IMG/VR virus record: IMGVR_UViG_2518285550_000001
Location: 4,277-68,276 of that record
Origin: a virus
Lineage: Duplodnaviria > Caudoviricetes
Reading direction: 5' to 3' (one strand)
Length of the DNA: 64,000 nt
Shown here one piece after another: positions 37,254-45,820 of the stretch; the stretch's first letter is position 1; every line of letters starts with the position of its first letter. The notes beneath the pieces are model-generated. The model was not told where the DNA came from. It worked only from the letters and a program-made list of their open reading frames with translations, and did not search any database. Made by a program: the position numbers and the translations under genes.

Positions 37254-37991
37254 ATGAGCCCCTGGACTGTGCACCACGGTGACGCCCTGACGATCCTGCC
37301 CACCCTGCCCGCCGCGAGCGTCGATCTCGTGCTGACCGACCCGCCGTACAACTCCGGCGGCCGTACCCAATCTGACCGGACCAAGGACACCGCACGCGGA
37401 AAGTACGTCTCCGGCGGCGTCGCCCATCAGCTGCGGGATTTCGTCGGCGACAACCGTGACCAGCGCTCCTACACCGCCTGGCTGTCGCTGATCCTCGCCG
37501 ACTGCCTCCGCGTCTCGAGGCCCGGCGCATCACTGCTCGTATTTTCGGATTGGCGGCAGTTGCCGGCCACCAGCGACGCCCTGCAGGCCGGCGGCTGGCT
37601 GTGGCGCGGCATCATCTGCTGGCACAAACCCATCTCCCGCCCGCGGGTCGGCGGGTTCAAAGCCGACTGCGAGTTCCTGCTGTGGGGCAGCAACGGCCCG
37701 ATCGACGCCACCCGTAATCCCGTCTACCTGCCCGGCCTCTACAGCGCCAGCCAGCCCCGCGGCAAGGGCAGGCAGCACATCACCCAGAAACCCGTCAGCC
37801 TGCTCGCCGACCTGGCCAAGGTATGCCCGCCCGGCGGCACGATCCTCGATCCGTTCACCGGCTCCGGCTCCACCGGCGTTGCCGCCGTCGACGCCGGCCA
37901 CCCGTTCGTCGGTATCGAGGCCAGCGCCCACTACGCCCAGATTGCACGACAGCGGATCACCGACGCCACCACCCAGCACACGCCCGGGTAG
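37254..37991 (+). CDS. N4-C/N6-A DNA methyltransferase (beta class), orphan
   Basis: HGDAL, LTDPPY, H.TQKP, ILDPF.GSGSTG. Confidence 0.92.
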   Translation: MSPWTVHHGDALTILPTLPAASVDLVLTDPPYNSGGRTQSDRTKDTARGKYVSGGVAHQLRDFVGDNRDQRSYTAWLSLILADCLRVSRPGASLLVFSDWRQLPATSDALQAGGWLWRGIICWHKPISRPRVGGFKADCEFLLWGSNGPIDATRNPVYLPGLYSASQPRGKGRQHITQKPVSLLADLAKVCPPGGTILDPFTGSGSTGVAAVDAGHPFVGIEASAHYAQIARQRITDATTQHTPG

Positions 37992-38030
37992 GGTTGTCGA
38001 TGCGGTGCCGCCGGTGACGTCCCGGCCGGC

Positions 38031-38075
38031 GCCGACCAACAAACGCGAGCGCCCCCGGCCGAAGCCGGGGGCGCG
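38031..38075. repeat. repeat A copy 1 (GCCGACCAACAAACGCGAGCGCCCC) running into a GC hairpin/terminator
   Basis: Same 25-mer at 40030; stem GCGCCCCCGG/CCGGGGGCGC. Confidence 0.8.
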
Positions 38076-38091
38076 TCGTCGTGTGTGGGGG

Positions 38092-39375
38092 TCAGCGGTG
38101 TCGCTGGGGTCCGGTGTCGACTCGGCTCACCGGGCGGGGACGGTCACCCGGTTCGCCGCTCTGGCGTCCCGTCTCCCTCGCGGCGATGACCGCAGCGTCG
38201 AACGCCGGATCGGTTTTGCGCGCGTTGGACAGGGCATCGTACGACCAGCCGGTAGCAGCAACAGCTTCCGTGATCGTGAGCCCGCCGCGTAGATGCTGAA
38301 GTGCGGCCTCACGGTCCTCGGTACCAAACCGGCGGGCTGGTGTGGCGTACTGACGGGACGGAAGTCCCTTGATGGCAGCCGAGTGTGCCTGCGTGCAGGT
38401 GTCCTCGCGGCAACCGAGGGCGTAGCCGACCGTGCCGCAGTCTTGCGGGCAGTGGAGCTGACGCACCGGACGCAGTGCCGGCATCAGGCCGCCCTCCCGG
38501 GAGGCCTGGACCAGCGCGGCGTCGTACTCGGGGTGACTGCGGCGAGCACCGCCCAGTCGGTGTGGGCTGATCCCGGCCGTCTCGCACGCCACCTTGAGCG
38601 AGGTGCCGCCACGGATTGCGGTCAAGATCTGCTGCAAGGCGGCCTCGTCAATGGGCTTGTGCGCCACCGCGCCGGCTGCCGCCCGGCGTGCCGCGCTGTA
38701 GGGCGCTACGGCGGTGGTGCAGGCAGTTTTGCGGCAGCCGTACTTGTATCCCTGGTAGGAGCCGCAGTGGCGGCCGGGGCAGGTCCACCGCGCCCGGTCC
38801 GGCATGTCATCTGCGCGGCGCAGGCGATACTGTATGGCCTGCGCGGTCACGCCGAGGGCGCGGCCGATGGCCGCCAGCGTCCATTCAGCATTATGTGCAG
38901 CGCGAAGGGCAGCCCCAAGTTCGGGGCTGCGATCGGCATGCAGACTCCGCAGTCTGGCCGCAAGATCGTCGGGTAGCTCTCGCGGCGGTAGGCGGATGTC
39001 GCCGCGCAGCCACGCCAGGGCGCGTGGCTCGTTGTAGTAGGCAGCACGTCGCCCGTTCCGCCTTCGCACGTGGCCGGCTGGCTGGAACATCTCGGGATGG
39101 GCCTTGATGTACTGACGGACGCTATCCGCTTTCCGGCCGAGCTGGGCAGCCAGCATCGAGGCGGTAGCCATACCGTCAGGGACGGTATCGACGCCCGCGC
39201 CCATGCGGTGTCGCGCCCATGCGGTGTCGGCCTCCGTGAGGCGATACCGCGCGGGTCGGTGGTCGTCAACTGCCCGAATGCCGGCTCTGTCCTTCAGCCA
39301 CTTGTAGACGTAGACGAGATCCGCGCCGTAGCGCTCGGCGAGCTCCTTCACGGTGGCAGTGCGTTCTGTGGTCAC
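38092..39375 (-). CDS. multi-HTH and zinc-knuckle DNA-binding protein
   Basis: About five HTH-like segments and two C...CG...Y..GCR...C modules. Confidence 0.65.
   Translation of the reverse strand: MTTERTATVKELAERYGADLVYVYKWLKDRAGIRAVDDHRPARYRLTEADTAWARHRMGAGVDTVPDGMATASMLAAQLGRKADSVRQYIKAHPEMFQPAGHVRRRNGRRAAYYNEPRALAWLRGDIRLPPRELPDDLAARLRSLHADRSPELGAALRAAHNAEWTLAAIGRALGVTAQAIQYRLRRADDMPDRARWTCPGRHCGSYQGYKYGCRKTACTTAVAPYSAARRAAAGAVAHKPIDEAALQQILTAIRGGTSLKVACETAGISPHRLGGARRSHPEYDAALVQASREGGLMPALRPVRQLHCPQDCGTVGYALGCREDTCTQAHSAAIKGLPSRQYATPARRFGTEDREAALQHLRGGLTITEAVAATGWSYDALSNARKTDPAFDAAVIAARETGRQSGEPGDRPRPVSRVDTGPQRHR
38116..38146. repeat. repeat B copy 1 (GTCGACTCGGCTCACCGGGCGGGGACGGTCA)
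   Basis: Identical 31-mer at 41179-41209. Confidence 0.9.
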
Positions 39376-39557
39376 TACTGGTCGTCTCCTGCGTACTCGG
39401 CGAGTAGTCGGGTTACGACGGCGGCGAATGGCTCGCCGCGCTTCTTGGCGGCTTTCCGGGCGGCGTCCTGCACGTCTTGGGGGACACGGATGTTCAGGGG
39501 AGGGGTTGTTCCGGTGGTCTTCGGGCGACCGGGCCGACGCTTCGGCTCAGACATCAT
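39375..39557 (-). CDS. ribbon-helix-helix repressor
   Basis: GRPKTTG.TP..NIRVP......A...A...GE....VV.RLL..Y. Confidence 0.8.
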   Translation of the reverse strand: MMSEPKRRPGRPKTTGTTPPLNIRVPQDVQDAARKAAKKRGEPFAAVVTRLLAEYAGDDQ

Positions 39558-39952
39558 CAGTACTCGTCACCCTCTCGGCGGATCGCCCGCTCGTCGTAGC
39601 CGGTACGAACGTGGCTGATCCACTCGGCGGGGATCTCGTCTCGGATGGCGGGGTAGCCCTCGGCGACGGCGGTCACCACATCGTCGTGCACGTCGGCGGG
39701 GACATCGACGCGGAGCAAATGAAACGCCTGGTGCTCGTACCAGAGCCAGTCGGCCTCGACGCGTCCCCGCGGGGTGTCGGGAAAGACGCAGACCACGTCG
39801 CCGTCGAACCCGTCGGGGGCGTCGTCGCCCCACTTCCATGCCGGCGCGTTGCCGGCGCGTTCCAGGAAGTCACGGCAGATCAGCGGGCCGCCATCGTAGC
39901 TGGCGTCGGCGATGTGCCAGTAGGTGACGATGTCCGCGGTCGTCTGCGTCAT
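39557..39952 (-). CDS. acidic hypothetical protein, probably leaderless
   Basis: TACACT -10 element lies 6 nt before ATG on the minus strand; TGATG coupling to the RHH gene. Confidence 0.65.
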   Translation of the reverse strand: MTQTTADIVTYWHIADASYDGGPLICRDFLERAGNAPAWKWGDDAPDGFDGDVVCVFPDTPRGRVEADWLWYEHQAFHLLRVDVPADVHDDVVTAVAEGYPAIRDEIPAEWISHVRTGYDERAIRREGDEY

Positions 39953-39957
39953 GCAAT

Positions 39958-39995
39958 TAGTGTACGACACAAACTCTAATAGTGCACGACAAAAA
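39958..39995. promoter_or_regulatory. tandem operators TAGTGYACGACAMAAA over the cassette promoter
   Basis: Copies at 39958 and 39980 in an AT-rich gap. Confidence 0.65.
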
Positions 39996-40029
39996 TACGC
40001 CTCGTATGGACTCACGTCGCACCCCGGCC

Positions 40030-40082
40030 GCCGACCAACAAACGCGAGCGCCCCGCCTGGCCTCACGGCCGAGCGGGGCGCT
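40030..40082. repeat. repeat A copy 2 with hairpin
   Basis: Same 25-mer as 38031; stem AGCGCCCCGC/GCGGGGCGCT. Confidence 0.8.
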
Positions 40083-40104
40083 TCGTCGTGTCCGGGTGCG
40101 CACG

Positions 40105-40338
40105 TCACTGCCACCCGCTGTCGGAAATGACGACGGTGCGGGACACCAGCCGCCCCTGGATGCCCCGCCCCGACAGCAGCTCCTCAAGGTCGCGCTCGGC
40201 GCGCTCGCGGTCCGGGGCGGGCGCCAAGTAGGGGCCGTAGATCCCCTCGAACTCGACGCCCCAGGCCGTGTACGTCCCTGCGGGCAACTGCCGGATCCCG
40301 TCGAGGATGTCCTGGGAGGTGAACCGGTAGTCGGACAT
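40105..40338 (-). CDS. hypothetical protein
   Basis: AGGGAG RBS; ends just before the repeat A hairpin. Confidence 0.6.
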   Translation of the reverse strand: MSDYRFTSQDILDGIRQLPAGTYTAWGVEFEGIYGPYLAPAPDRERAERDLEELLSGRGIQGRLVSRTVVISDSGWQ

Positions 40339-40380
40339 TGCGGGCTCCCTTGTGGTAACGGACCCGCGCGCCGTGGCCTA

Positions 40381-40716
40381 CTACGACCAGTCGACGTCCG
40401 CGCCATGCTCGATCGCCCAGGACGCCAGGTGGCGGAGTTCGGCGAGCCGCTCGGCTAGGTAGCCGGGCCTACGCCCTCCGTGGGTCCAGCGCCCGTCGAC
40501 CACTTCGGGTCGCCCGACACCGTCTGTGGTGGTGCCGATCAGGGCGAGGGCGAGCAGTACACGGCCGAGGAAGTCCGGGCCGGTGGTGGTCCCCCAGTCG
40601 CCGTCGAACGTGAGGCCGAGCAGGTCGAAAACCTGCTTGGCGTTGCCGTTGGCCATGTTGACCTTCGGCGATCCGGTGGCGCTGGCGGTGATGGTGATGG
40701 TGATGGTGATGGACAT
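40381..40716 (-). CDS. hypothetical protein
   Basis: GGGAGG RBS; VNM.NGNA......LGL...RL..L..LA.WA......V.W pattern. Confidence 0.65.
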   Translation of the reverse strand: MSITITITITASATGSPKVNMANGNAKQVFDLLGLTFDGDWGTTTGPDFLGRVLLALALIGTTTDGVGRPEVVDGRWTHGGRRPGYLAERLAELRHLASWAIEHGADVDWS

Positions 40717-40842
40717 GGGGGCCTCCCTGGGTGGGTTGGGTGTTCGCGCATCCCTTCGCGCCCGTGGCGCTGGGGTGGCCCCGATGTCCCGCTCGCGCGG
40801 GTCCGCTGTGGAGTTGTGGTAACCCGTGTTCCGGGCATGCCT

Positions 40843-40884
40843 TGACATTACCCTAGGGTGTTGGACACGTCAACACCTTAGGGT
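40843..40884 (-). promoter_or_regulatory. promoter TTGACG-N17-TAATGT with ACCYTAGGGT operators
   Basis: Operators at 40850 (perfect palindrome), 40875 and 41153. Confidence 0.65.
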
Positions 40885-40887
40885 GAT

Positions 40888-41151
40888 TCACCGCTCCTGA
40901 CCTGCCACCCGCTTTCGATGCCGCGAAACGGCCTTGTTCACCGCAGCAACAGAATCACCCAGATCGGCCGCTACCTCGGCGTACGACCGGTCACGCGTCG
41001 CCTCATGCACCGCCGCATCGGCCGTAGCCGACAGCACACGTTTCGCGTCATCGATTAGATCGCGCGCACGGCGGGCGCGCGCAGCGGGCGGCCTCTTAGG
41101 AAGTCCGGCAATCAGCTGGGCAAGGTCGGCAACGTCTTTCGGAGGGTTCAT
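40888..41151 (-). CDS. small HTH repressor
   Basis: RSYAEVAADLG.SVAAVNKAVSRHR; operator copy immediately upstream. Confidence 0.75.
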   Translation of the reverse strand: MNPPKDVADLAQLIAGLPKRPPAARARRARDLIDDAKRVLSATADAAVHEATRDRSYAEVAADLGDSVAAVNKAVSRHRKRVAGQER

Positions 41152-41178
41152 GACCTTAGGGTAGTAGACTCAGCGGTG

Positions 41179-41209
41179 GTCGACTCGGCTCACCGGGCGG
41201 GGACGGTCA
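41179..41209. repeat. repeat B copy 2
   Basis: Identical to 38116-38146. Confidence 0.9.
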
Positions 41210-41294
41210 GCAGGTTGCCGATGCGTGGGCACGTCCTTCGCATCGGCCGTAGCGGCGATGACGCGCTACGTGAGGGTCCGCCAGGCCGCCCCGT

Positions 41295-42014
41295 TTACCT
41301 GCGGGCGCGGCGGCGGTTCCTTCGCCGCTTCCTACGATCCCGCCCTCGGGCGATCAGCAGCCCGACCGTCACCAGAGACGCACCGATTGACGCGTGAAGT
41401 GGGCCCTCCCAGCCGGACCACGCCTCTCCCGCCGCCAGCCGCATGCCGGCGAAAGCTGCCAGCCACACGGCCGACCACGCCGCGATCAGCGCACGCCGAC
41501 GCAGCCACCAGCGGCGCAGCAGCGACCGCGACCGGGACGGCTGCCGCACAATCGGACGCACCCGGTGCGGCGCACGCTGCCGGGGCACCCGGTGCTGCTG
41601 CGGCGTCCAGCCCGGCTCACGGGTACGGCGGTGCTGCTGCGCACGGAAGATCTCGATGCGGGCAGGGTTGGCGAGATTGTGGTCGTAGTTGTAGCGGGGC
41701 CGCTGACGTGGGCCGTCCGGCACTACCGACGCGCCGTGACGGATCCACCACTGCTCTCGGGCGTCCAGGGTGGCGTCGTCCCACTGGCCCTCTTCGAGGA
41801 CGAACGAGCCACCCACGATCAGGTCGGCGAATGGCTGGCTGGCGCGGTGCTGCTGTTCCCGTTGCCACGCTGTTTGCCGCGACTGGCCGATGTAGCCGAC
41901 CTCGGGTGCGGCACCGGGGATGGGTATGCCGTGGGTGTCGACTGGGCGGGTGAGAATGCAGTACACGACACTACGGCGACGCTCACCTGCCGGGCGCTGC
42001 CGCTGCACAGTCAC
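41295..42014 (-). CDS. GIY-YIG-like nuclease with two C-terminal TM helices
   Basis: VVYCI...YIGQS.....R..QH...E...I.....RYN; hydrophobic C-terminal segments. Confidence 0.6.
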   Translation of the reverse strand: MTVQRQRPAGERRRSVVYCILTRPVDTHGIPIPGAAPEVGYIGQSRQTAWQREQQHRASQPFADLIVGGSFVLEEGQWDDATLDAREQWWIRHGASVVPDGPRQRPRYNYDHNLANPARIEIFRAQQHRRTREPGWTPQQHRVPRQRAPHRVRPIVRQPSRSRSLLRRWWLRRRALIAAWSAVWLAAFAGMRLAAGEAWSGWEGPLHASIGASLVTVGLLIARGRDRRKRRRNRRRARR

Positions 42015-44491
42015 TGCACTGCCGCCTGGTCGAACAGCGACGCCGCTTTGCCGGGTACCTCGTACAGGCCGTTCTTCACTCGCCGCAGCTTCCCATCCGC
42101 CACCAGATCAGTGAGAGCCTTATCGCGGGTACCGTCCTTCATCGGCTCGGCCATCCTGCCGAGCTGTGCGATCACCTGGTCCTTCGTCACCAGCCCCCGC
42201 CCGTCAGCGGCAGCAGACGCAGCCTCCAACACCACATCACGGGACACCCGGGCGGCCTGCTGCTGCGCCGGGTCCGGCTGGGCCTGCTGCGGTGAACGCA
42301 GATGCGACGGAGTGGCCTGCGTGACTGCCGCCGCCTCCAGCAGTTCGAGCGCTTTCCCACCCGACAGCAGATCCGCATCCGACCGTCCGGCGGCCAACAG
42401 CAACTCCGCCCGCTTGCGCCGGTCGCCCCACAGCGGCCCCGACTCCTGCTGCGCCTCCCGACCAAACACGCCTGGCGTCAACGTCGACTGGCCCTCGCCG
42501 TCGACCAGCCACACCGTCATGTCGTCACCCGTGTAGTCGGCACGCCCGTACACGTCCCGACCGTTAATGCCCTGCATGTACATCAGACCGGCCGTCGTCT
42601 CACCGGCAGCGCAGGTGTGCTTACCCCACACGTCCGGTAGCTCCGTCGGGTCGATCGGGCAGTCCCCGTCGACCGCAGACCGGCCAGCAATGTCCGTCAT
42701 CGCCCTGAAGATGATCGTCTGACCGGCCTTCAACTGTTCCTTGACGTACGTCGACCCGCCCAGGTTGTAGGCGGCCGGGATCTGAGTAATCAGCCGCATC
42801 TTGATGCCACATTTACGGCCCATCCCCACCAGGCTTTCCACCATCTCCAAGATGGTCGGATCATCGATGAACGACTGCACCTCGTCCAGGGTGATGACCA
42901 GCAGCGGCATATTCCGGCTGGGCCTCCACGTTTTGATGTCCTTCGCTGACAACTCATCGTTGCGGCGGTACATCTCTTTCAATGCGGCCAACAGCATCAG
43001 CGTGATTTCAGTCTTGTCGCGGGCGAACCAGTCGACAGCCCTCTTCAATGCCCCATACGACTGGCCGCCCTGCGGGTCACCGACCCAGTCCAAGACAAGC
43101 CCACCAGAATGCAGTGACGCCAGCAGTAGCTGCGCCACCACCTCCGACTTCCCGGAACCCGTACACCCGGAAATCAGATCGTGGGCGGCACCTTGCTTCG
43201 TCCACCACTGGTAGACGATGTCAGCGGCGTCGTCGTACCGGCCGATACGGGACCGGCCGTTCCTCCAGTCGTTGGCGACCGCCGCGCCCGACCACAGTTT
43301 CTTTTCCGCCAGTGGGTTGTCAGGCTGCACTCGTAGCAACCCCACCGACAGATCCGACGGGTCAGCGGAGAACGACACATCCGCGTACGTGCACTTGTAG
43401 GCGGCGGCGATCCGGCCGAGCAGGTTGGGCCGCTGCTCCCGCATGTTGATGGACCCGTCAACTTTCGCGACCACCTTCGCTTTCCAGTTGGGAAGGCGGG
43501 TACGCGAGGACGCGCCGACCTCGCAGGCGGGTAGCTGCCGGTAGTCGACCAGTTCGGTTCCGACCAACGGTCCGCCGTGGCAGCCGATGAGAAGGTTCCA
43601 GGTGGTGATGGCGCGGGTGCGTACCGGGTCGGGTTCCTCCACTGGCGGAATGTCCTCGGCCACAGCCGTCACGTTGACCTTCGGCAGGTCGGCGAGCATG
43701 CGCCGGGCCTCACACTTGTCCCACCACGGTTTCGCGCCGACAGCCCAGCGCACCACCCCGGCGGCGGCGACGATGAGACCAGCCCACGTGTTCAGGTCGG
43801 TGACGGTCAGGGCAGCAGCCCACAACCCTGTCTCGGCGGCCACGGCGGCGGCGCGGCGGGCGTCACGGCGGATCTTGCGGATACGACGGCCGGTGTGCTG
43901 TCCCTTCTCGATGCGGTTGTTGGCGATGGCGTCGCGGGTGAGGCTTCGGCTGGTCAGGTGGTAGGTGAGTCCGGCGGCAGGCAGCGCAGCCAATCCCACC
44001 GCGAACGCGGGAACCCCGGTGAGTCCGGCGGCGGCTTCGGCGGTGAACGCGGCTGCAGGCAGGACGAGCGCCTTCGCGGTGTCGCCGTACATGCGGCGCG
44101 TGTCCGCTAGGACGGCCCCGAGACGGCGTGGCGGCTTGGGTGGTTCCAGTTTGTCGCCGTGGCGCTGACAGTGCAGCGCTAGGTCGGTGGGCGACAGCCA
44201 CGCGAACTGGTCGCACCGTTCCCTGCCGCCGCCGTTGATGTGCCGCATGCGGGGGCACTGGTAGCGGATGTGGTCGGTGCGCTGGTTGTCTGCGTCCACC
44301 GGGACGTCGTAGGGCATGCGTTTACGGCGGTCGTCGGTGGGGTCGATGTACCAGTTCTGCATTCGGGCTGCCCCCACTGGTGCCGGCGTGGGGGCAGTTT
44401 TGCGGGTGTGCCCGTCGTGGTTCGGCTGGGCGTGCCAGATGCGGGCGTCGCTGTTGGGCAGCGGCGCCGGCCGGTGCGTCGTCGTTGCCAT
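42011..44491 (-). CDS. TraB-like FtsK/SpoIIIE DNA translocase
   Basis: N-terminal TM segments; Walker A ISGCTGSGKS, Walker B LVITLDE, GRKCGI...LITQ; C-terminal winged helix (LTDLVADGKLRRVKNGLYE). Confidence 0.88.
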   Translation of the reverse strand: MATTTHRPAPLPNSDARIWHAQPNHDGHTRKTAPTPAPVGAARMQNWYIDPTDDRRKRMPYDVPVDADNQRTDHIRYQCPRMRHINGGGRERCDQFAWLSPTDLALHCQRHGDKLEPPKPPRRLGAVLADTRRMYGDTAKALVLPAAAFTAEAAAGLTGVPAFAVGLAALPAAGLTYHLTSRSLTRDAIANNRIEKGQHTGRRIRKIRRDARRAAAVAAETGLWAAALTVTDLNTWAGLIVAAAGVVRWAVGAKPWWDKCEARRMLADLPKVNVTAVAEDIPPVEEPDPVRTRAITTWNLLIGCHGGPLVGTELVDYRQLPACEVGASSRTRLPNWKAKVVAKVDGSINMREQRPNLLGRIAAAYKCTYADVSFSADPSDLSVGLLRVQPDNPLAEKKLWSGAAVANDWRNGRSRIGRYDDAADIVYQWWTKQGAAHDLISGCTGSGKSEVVAQLLLASLHSGGLVLDWVGDPQGGQSYGALKRAVDWFARDKTEITLMLLAALKEMYRRNDELSAKDIKTWRPSRNMPLLVITLDEVQSFIDDPTILEMVESLVGMGRKCGIKMRLITQIPAAYNLGGSTYVKEQLKAGQTIIFRAMTDIAGRSAVDGDCPIDPTELPDVWGKHTCAAGETTAGLMYMQGINGRDVYGRADYTGDDMTVWLVDGEGQSTLTPGVFGREAQQESGPLWGDRRKRAELLLAAGRSDADLLSGGKALELLEAAAVTQATPSHLRSPQQAQPDPAQQQAARVSRDVVLEAASAAADGRGLVTKDQVIAQLGRMAEPMKDGTRDKALTDLVADGKLRRVKNGLYEVPGKAASLFDQAAVQ

Positions 44492-44509
44492 CGGTGTGAT
44501 TCCCTCCGG

Positions 44510-44773
44510 TCAGGTGGCGTCGGCGGCCAGGACGCGAAGCTGCTCGCCCAGACGTCGGGCGTTGTCGGCGGTCAGGTGCATCGGCGCTTCTACCGTCGGA
44601 CCGGTCGGGTCGTTCAGGTCTGCCGGGGCAGTGACTTTTAGCCAGATATGCGGGCCTTCTGCGCTCGATGACTCGTACACGCGGATCTCGCCGCCGTACT
44701 CGGACGGGACGGGCGGCAGGTGGCTTAAGCCACGGTTGGTGGTGGTGCGGGTCAGGTGCCAGGTGTCGGTCAT
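44510..44773 (-). CDS. hypothetical protein
   Basis: GGAG RBS; RG..H.P.....YGG...VYESS.A.GPHIWL. Confidence 0.65.
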   Translation of the reverse strand: MTDTWHLTRTTTNRGLSHLPPVPSEYGGEIRVYESSSAEGPHIWLKVTAPADLNDPTGPTVEAPMHLTADNARRLGEQLRVLAADAT

Positions 44774-44785
44774 GGTTGTCTCCGT

Positions 44786-45817
44786 TCAGCTGTTGACGCG
44801 GTCGAAAGCGCGGGCCACCATGCCGAGCAGTGGCGTCACCTCCGCCGTGCACGCCCGTACATTCGCCACCGCCGCAGCAGCGGCCTCAGCCGCCGCGGCC
44901 GTGTGCGCCACGGCCTGCGACCGGCCCGACAACTGCACCGTGCCCATCGTCTGCTCGCCCAGCGAGATGATGCGGTTCCGAAGCCGGGTTAGCGTGGCCA
45001 CGTAGTCGCTGGTGGCTTGGGTCATGGCCTGCTCGATAGCGCGGGCCTCAGCGGCACCGGACACAACACCGGTGACGGCCGTCTGGTTGGTTGCTACTGC
45101 CAGGGTCATGGTTGGTGTTCCTTTCGAGGTGATCGCCGCCACGGGTGTGGTCGGGTTGTTGGCGGTTTCGGGTCGGATGGGGTCGCCTACAGTGGCGTTC
45201 ACCCGGATCGGGTCACGGCTGTCCTGCTCGGCCGCGTCGGGCTCGGCGCTGTCGTGGTAGGGCCGTCGAGGGTTGGTGTAGCAGTCGTCGTCGTGGACAG
45301 TGGTCGACTCGAAGCCGCTGCCGGTGGCGTCACCGCTACCGCCGCCCGGCGGGGCGGGTGCCGCGTCGCCGGGCGAGTTGGGGCCAAGCGGTGAACCATC
45401 CGCGCCGGCAGACGGTTCAGGCGCGGCGGGCGGGTCGGCGGGCGGCGACGCCCTCCATCCCTGAACCTTGCGGGCCGCCACCTCGTCCAGACGGCGGTCC
45501 ATACGCTCACGCCACGACCGTGCCTCACTCGCCGCCTCATCGGCGGCCTGCTCGGCATGCTCCGCCTGACACCGCCGATCCCGGTCAGCCCAGTAGTCCC
45601 GCCACATGTTCGACAGGTAGCGGCGCAGCGGACCGCCACTCTCGGCGGGTTCCACTCCCGCGTCGATCAGACGCTGACGGACAGCCTTCGCCCGCTCAGA
45701 ATCCTCACCCCGCCTGCCCGCCTGCCACTGCTCGACGACACCACCCGACCAGTCCGGGTTACGGTGCAACATCCCGTAGATCGCCAGGATGGTCACCGCT
45801 ATGGAGATCGGGTCCAC
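44786..45817 (-). CDS. TraA/Spd-like membrane-anchored protein
   Basis: N-terminal TM, low-complexity linker, helical C-terminal domain; internal RBS+ATG at 45109. Confidence 0.6.
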   Translation of the reverse strand: MDPISIAVTILAIYGMLHRNPDWSGGVVEQWQAGRRGEDSERAKAVRQRLIDAGVEPAESGGPLRRYLSNMWRDYWADRDRRCQAEHAEQAADEAASEARSWRERMDRRLDEVAARKVQGWRASPPADPPAAPEPSAGADGSPLGPNSPGDAAPAPPGGGSGDATGSGFESTTVHDDDCYTNPRRPYHDSAEPDAAEQDSRDPIRVNATVGDPIRPETANNPTTPVAAITSKGTPTMTLAVATNQTAVTGVVSGAAEARAIEQAMTQATSDYVATLTRLRNRIISLGEQTMGTVQLSGRSQAVAHTAAAAEAAAAAVANVRACTAEVTPLLGMVARAFDRVNS

Positions 45818-45820
45818 CGG

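Larger units (their letters stand above)
1..37991 (+). mobile_element. Siphovirus-like prophage or phage-plasmid: early, replication, morphogenesis and lysis regions (left end outside window)
   Basis: Co-oriented, translationally coupled genes in canonical order: exonuclease, replication, terminase, portal, head, tail, tape measure, endolysin, holin. Confidence 0.95.

Noticed and set aside
37254-37991. Methyltransferase as part of a restriction-modification system
   Set aside because: No adjacent restriction endonuclease; orphan methyltransferases are common in temperate phages
40687-40710. (GGTGAT)x4 microsatellite as a phase-variation switch
   Set aside because: A 6-bp unit preserves the reading frame and only changes an Ile-Thr run
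38116-41209. Repeat B as attL/attR of an integrated element
   Set aside because: No integrase, recombinase or tRNA nearby; retained only as a cassette-boundary repeat
42011-44491. FtsK ATPase as a type VII secretion EccC or chromosomal FtsK
   Set aside because: Single ATPase domain with N-terminal TMs and C-terminal wHTH amid Spd-like genes matches TraB; no other Ecc components are present
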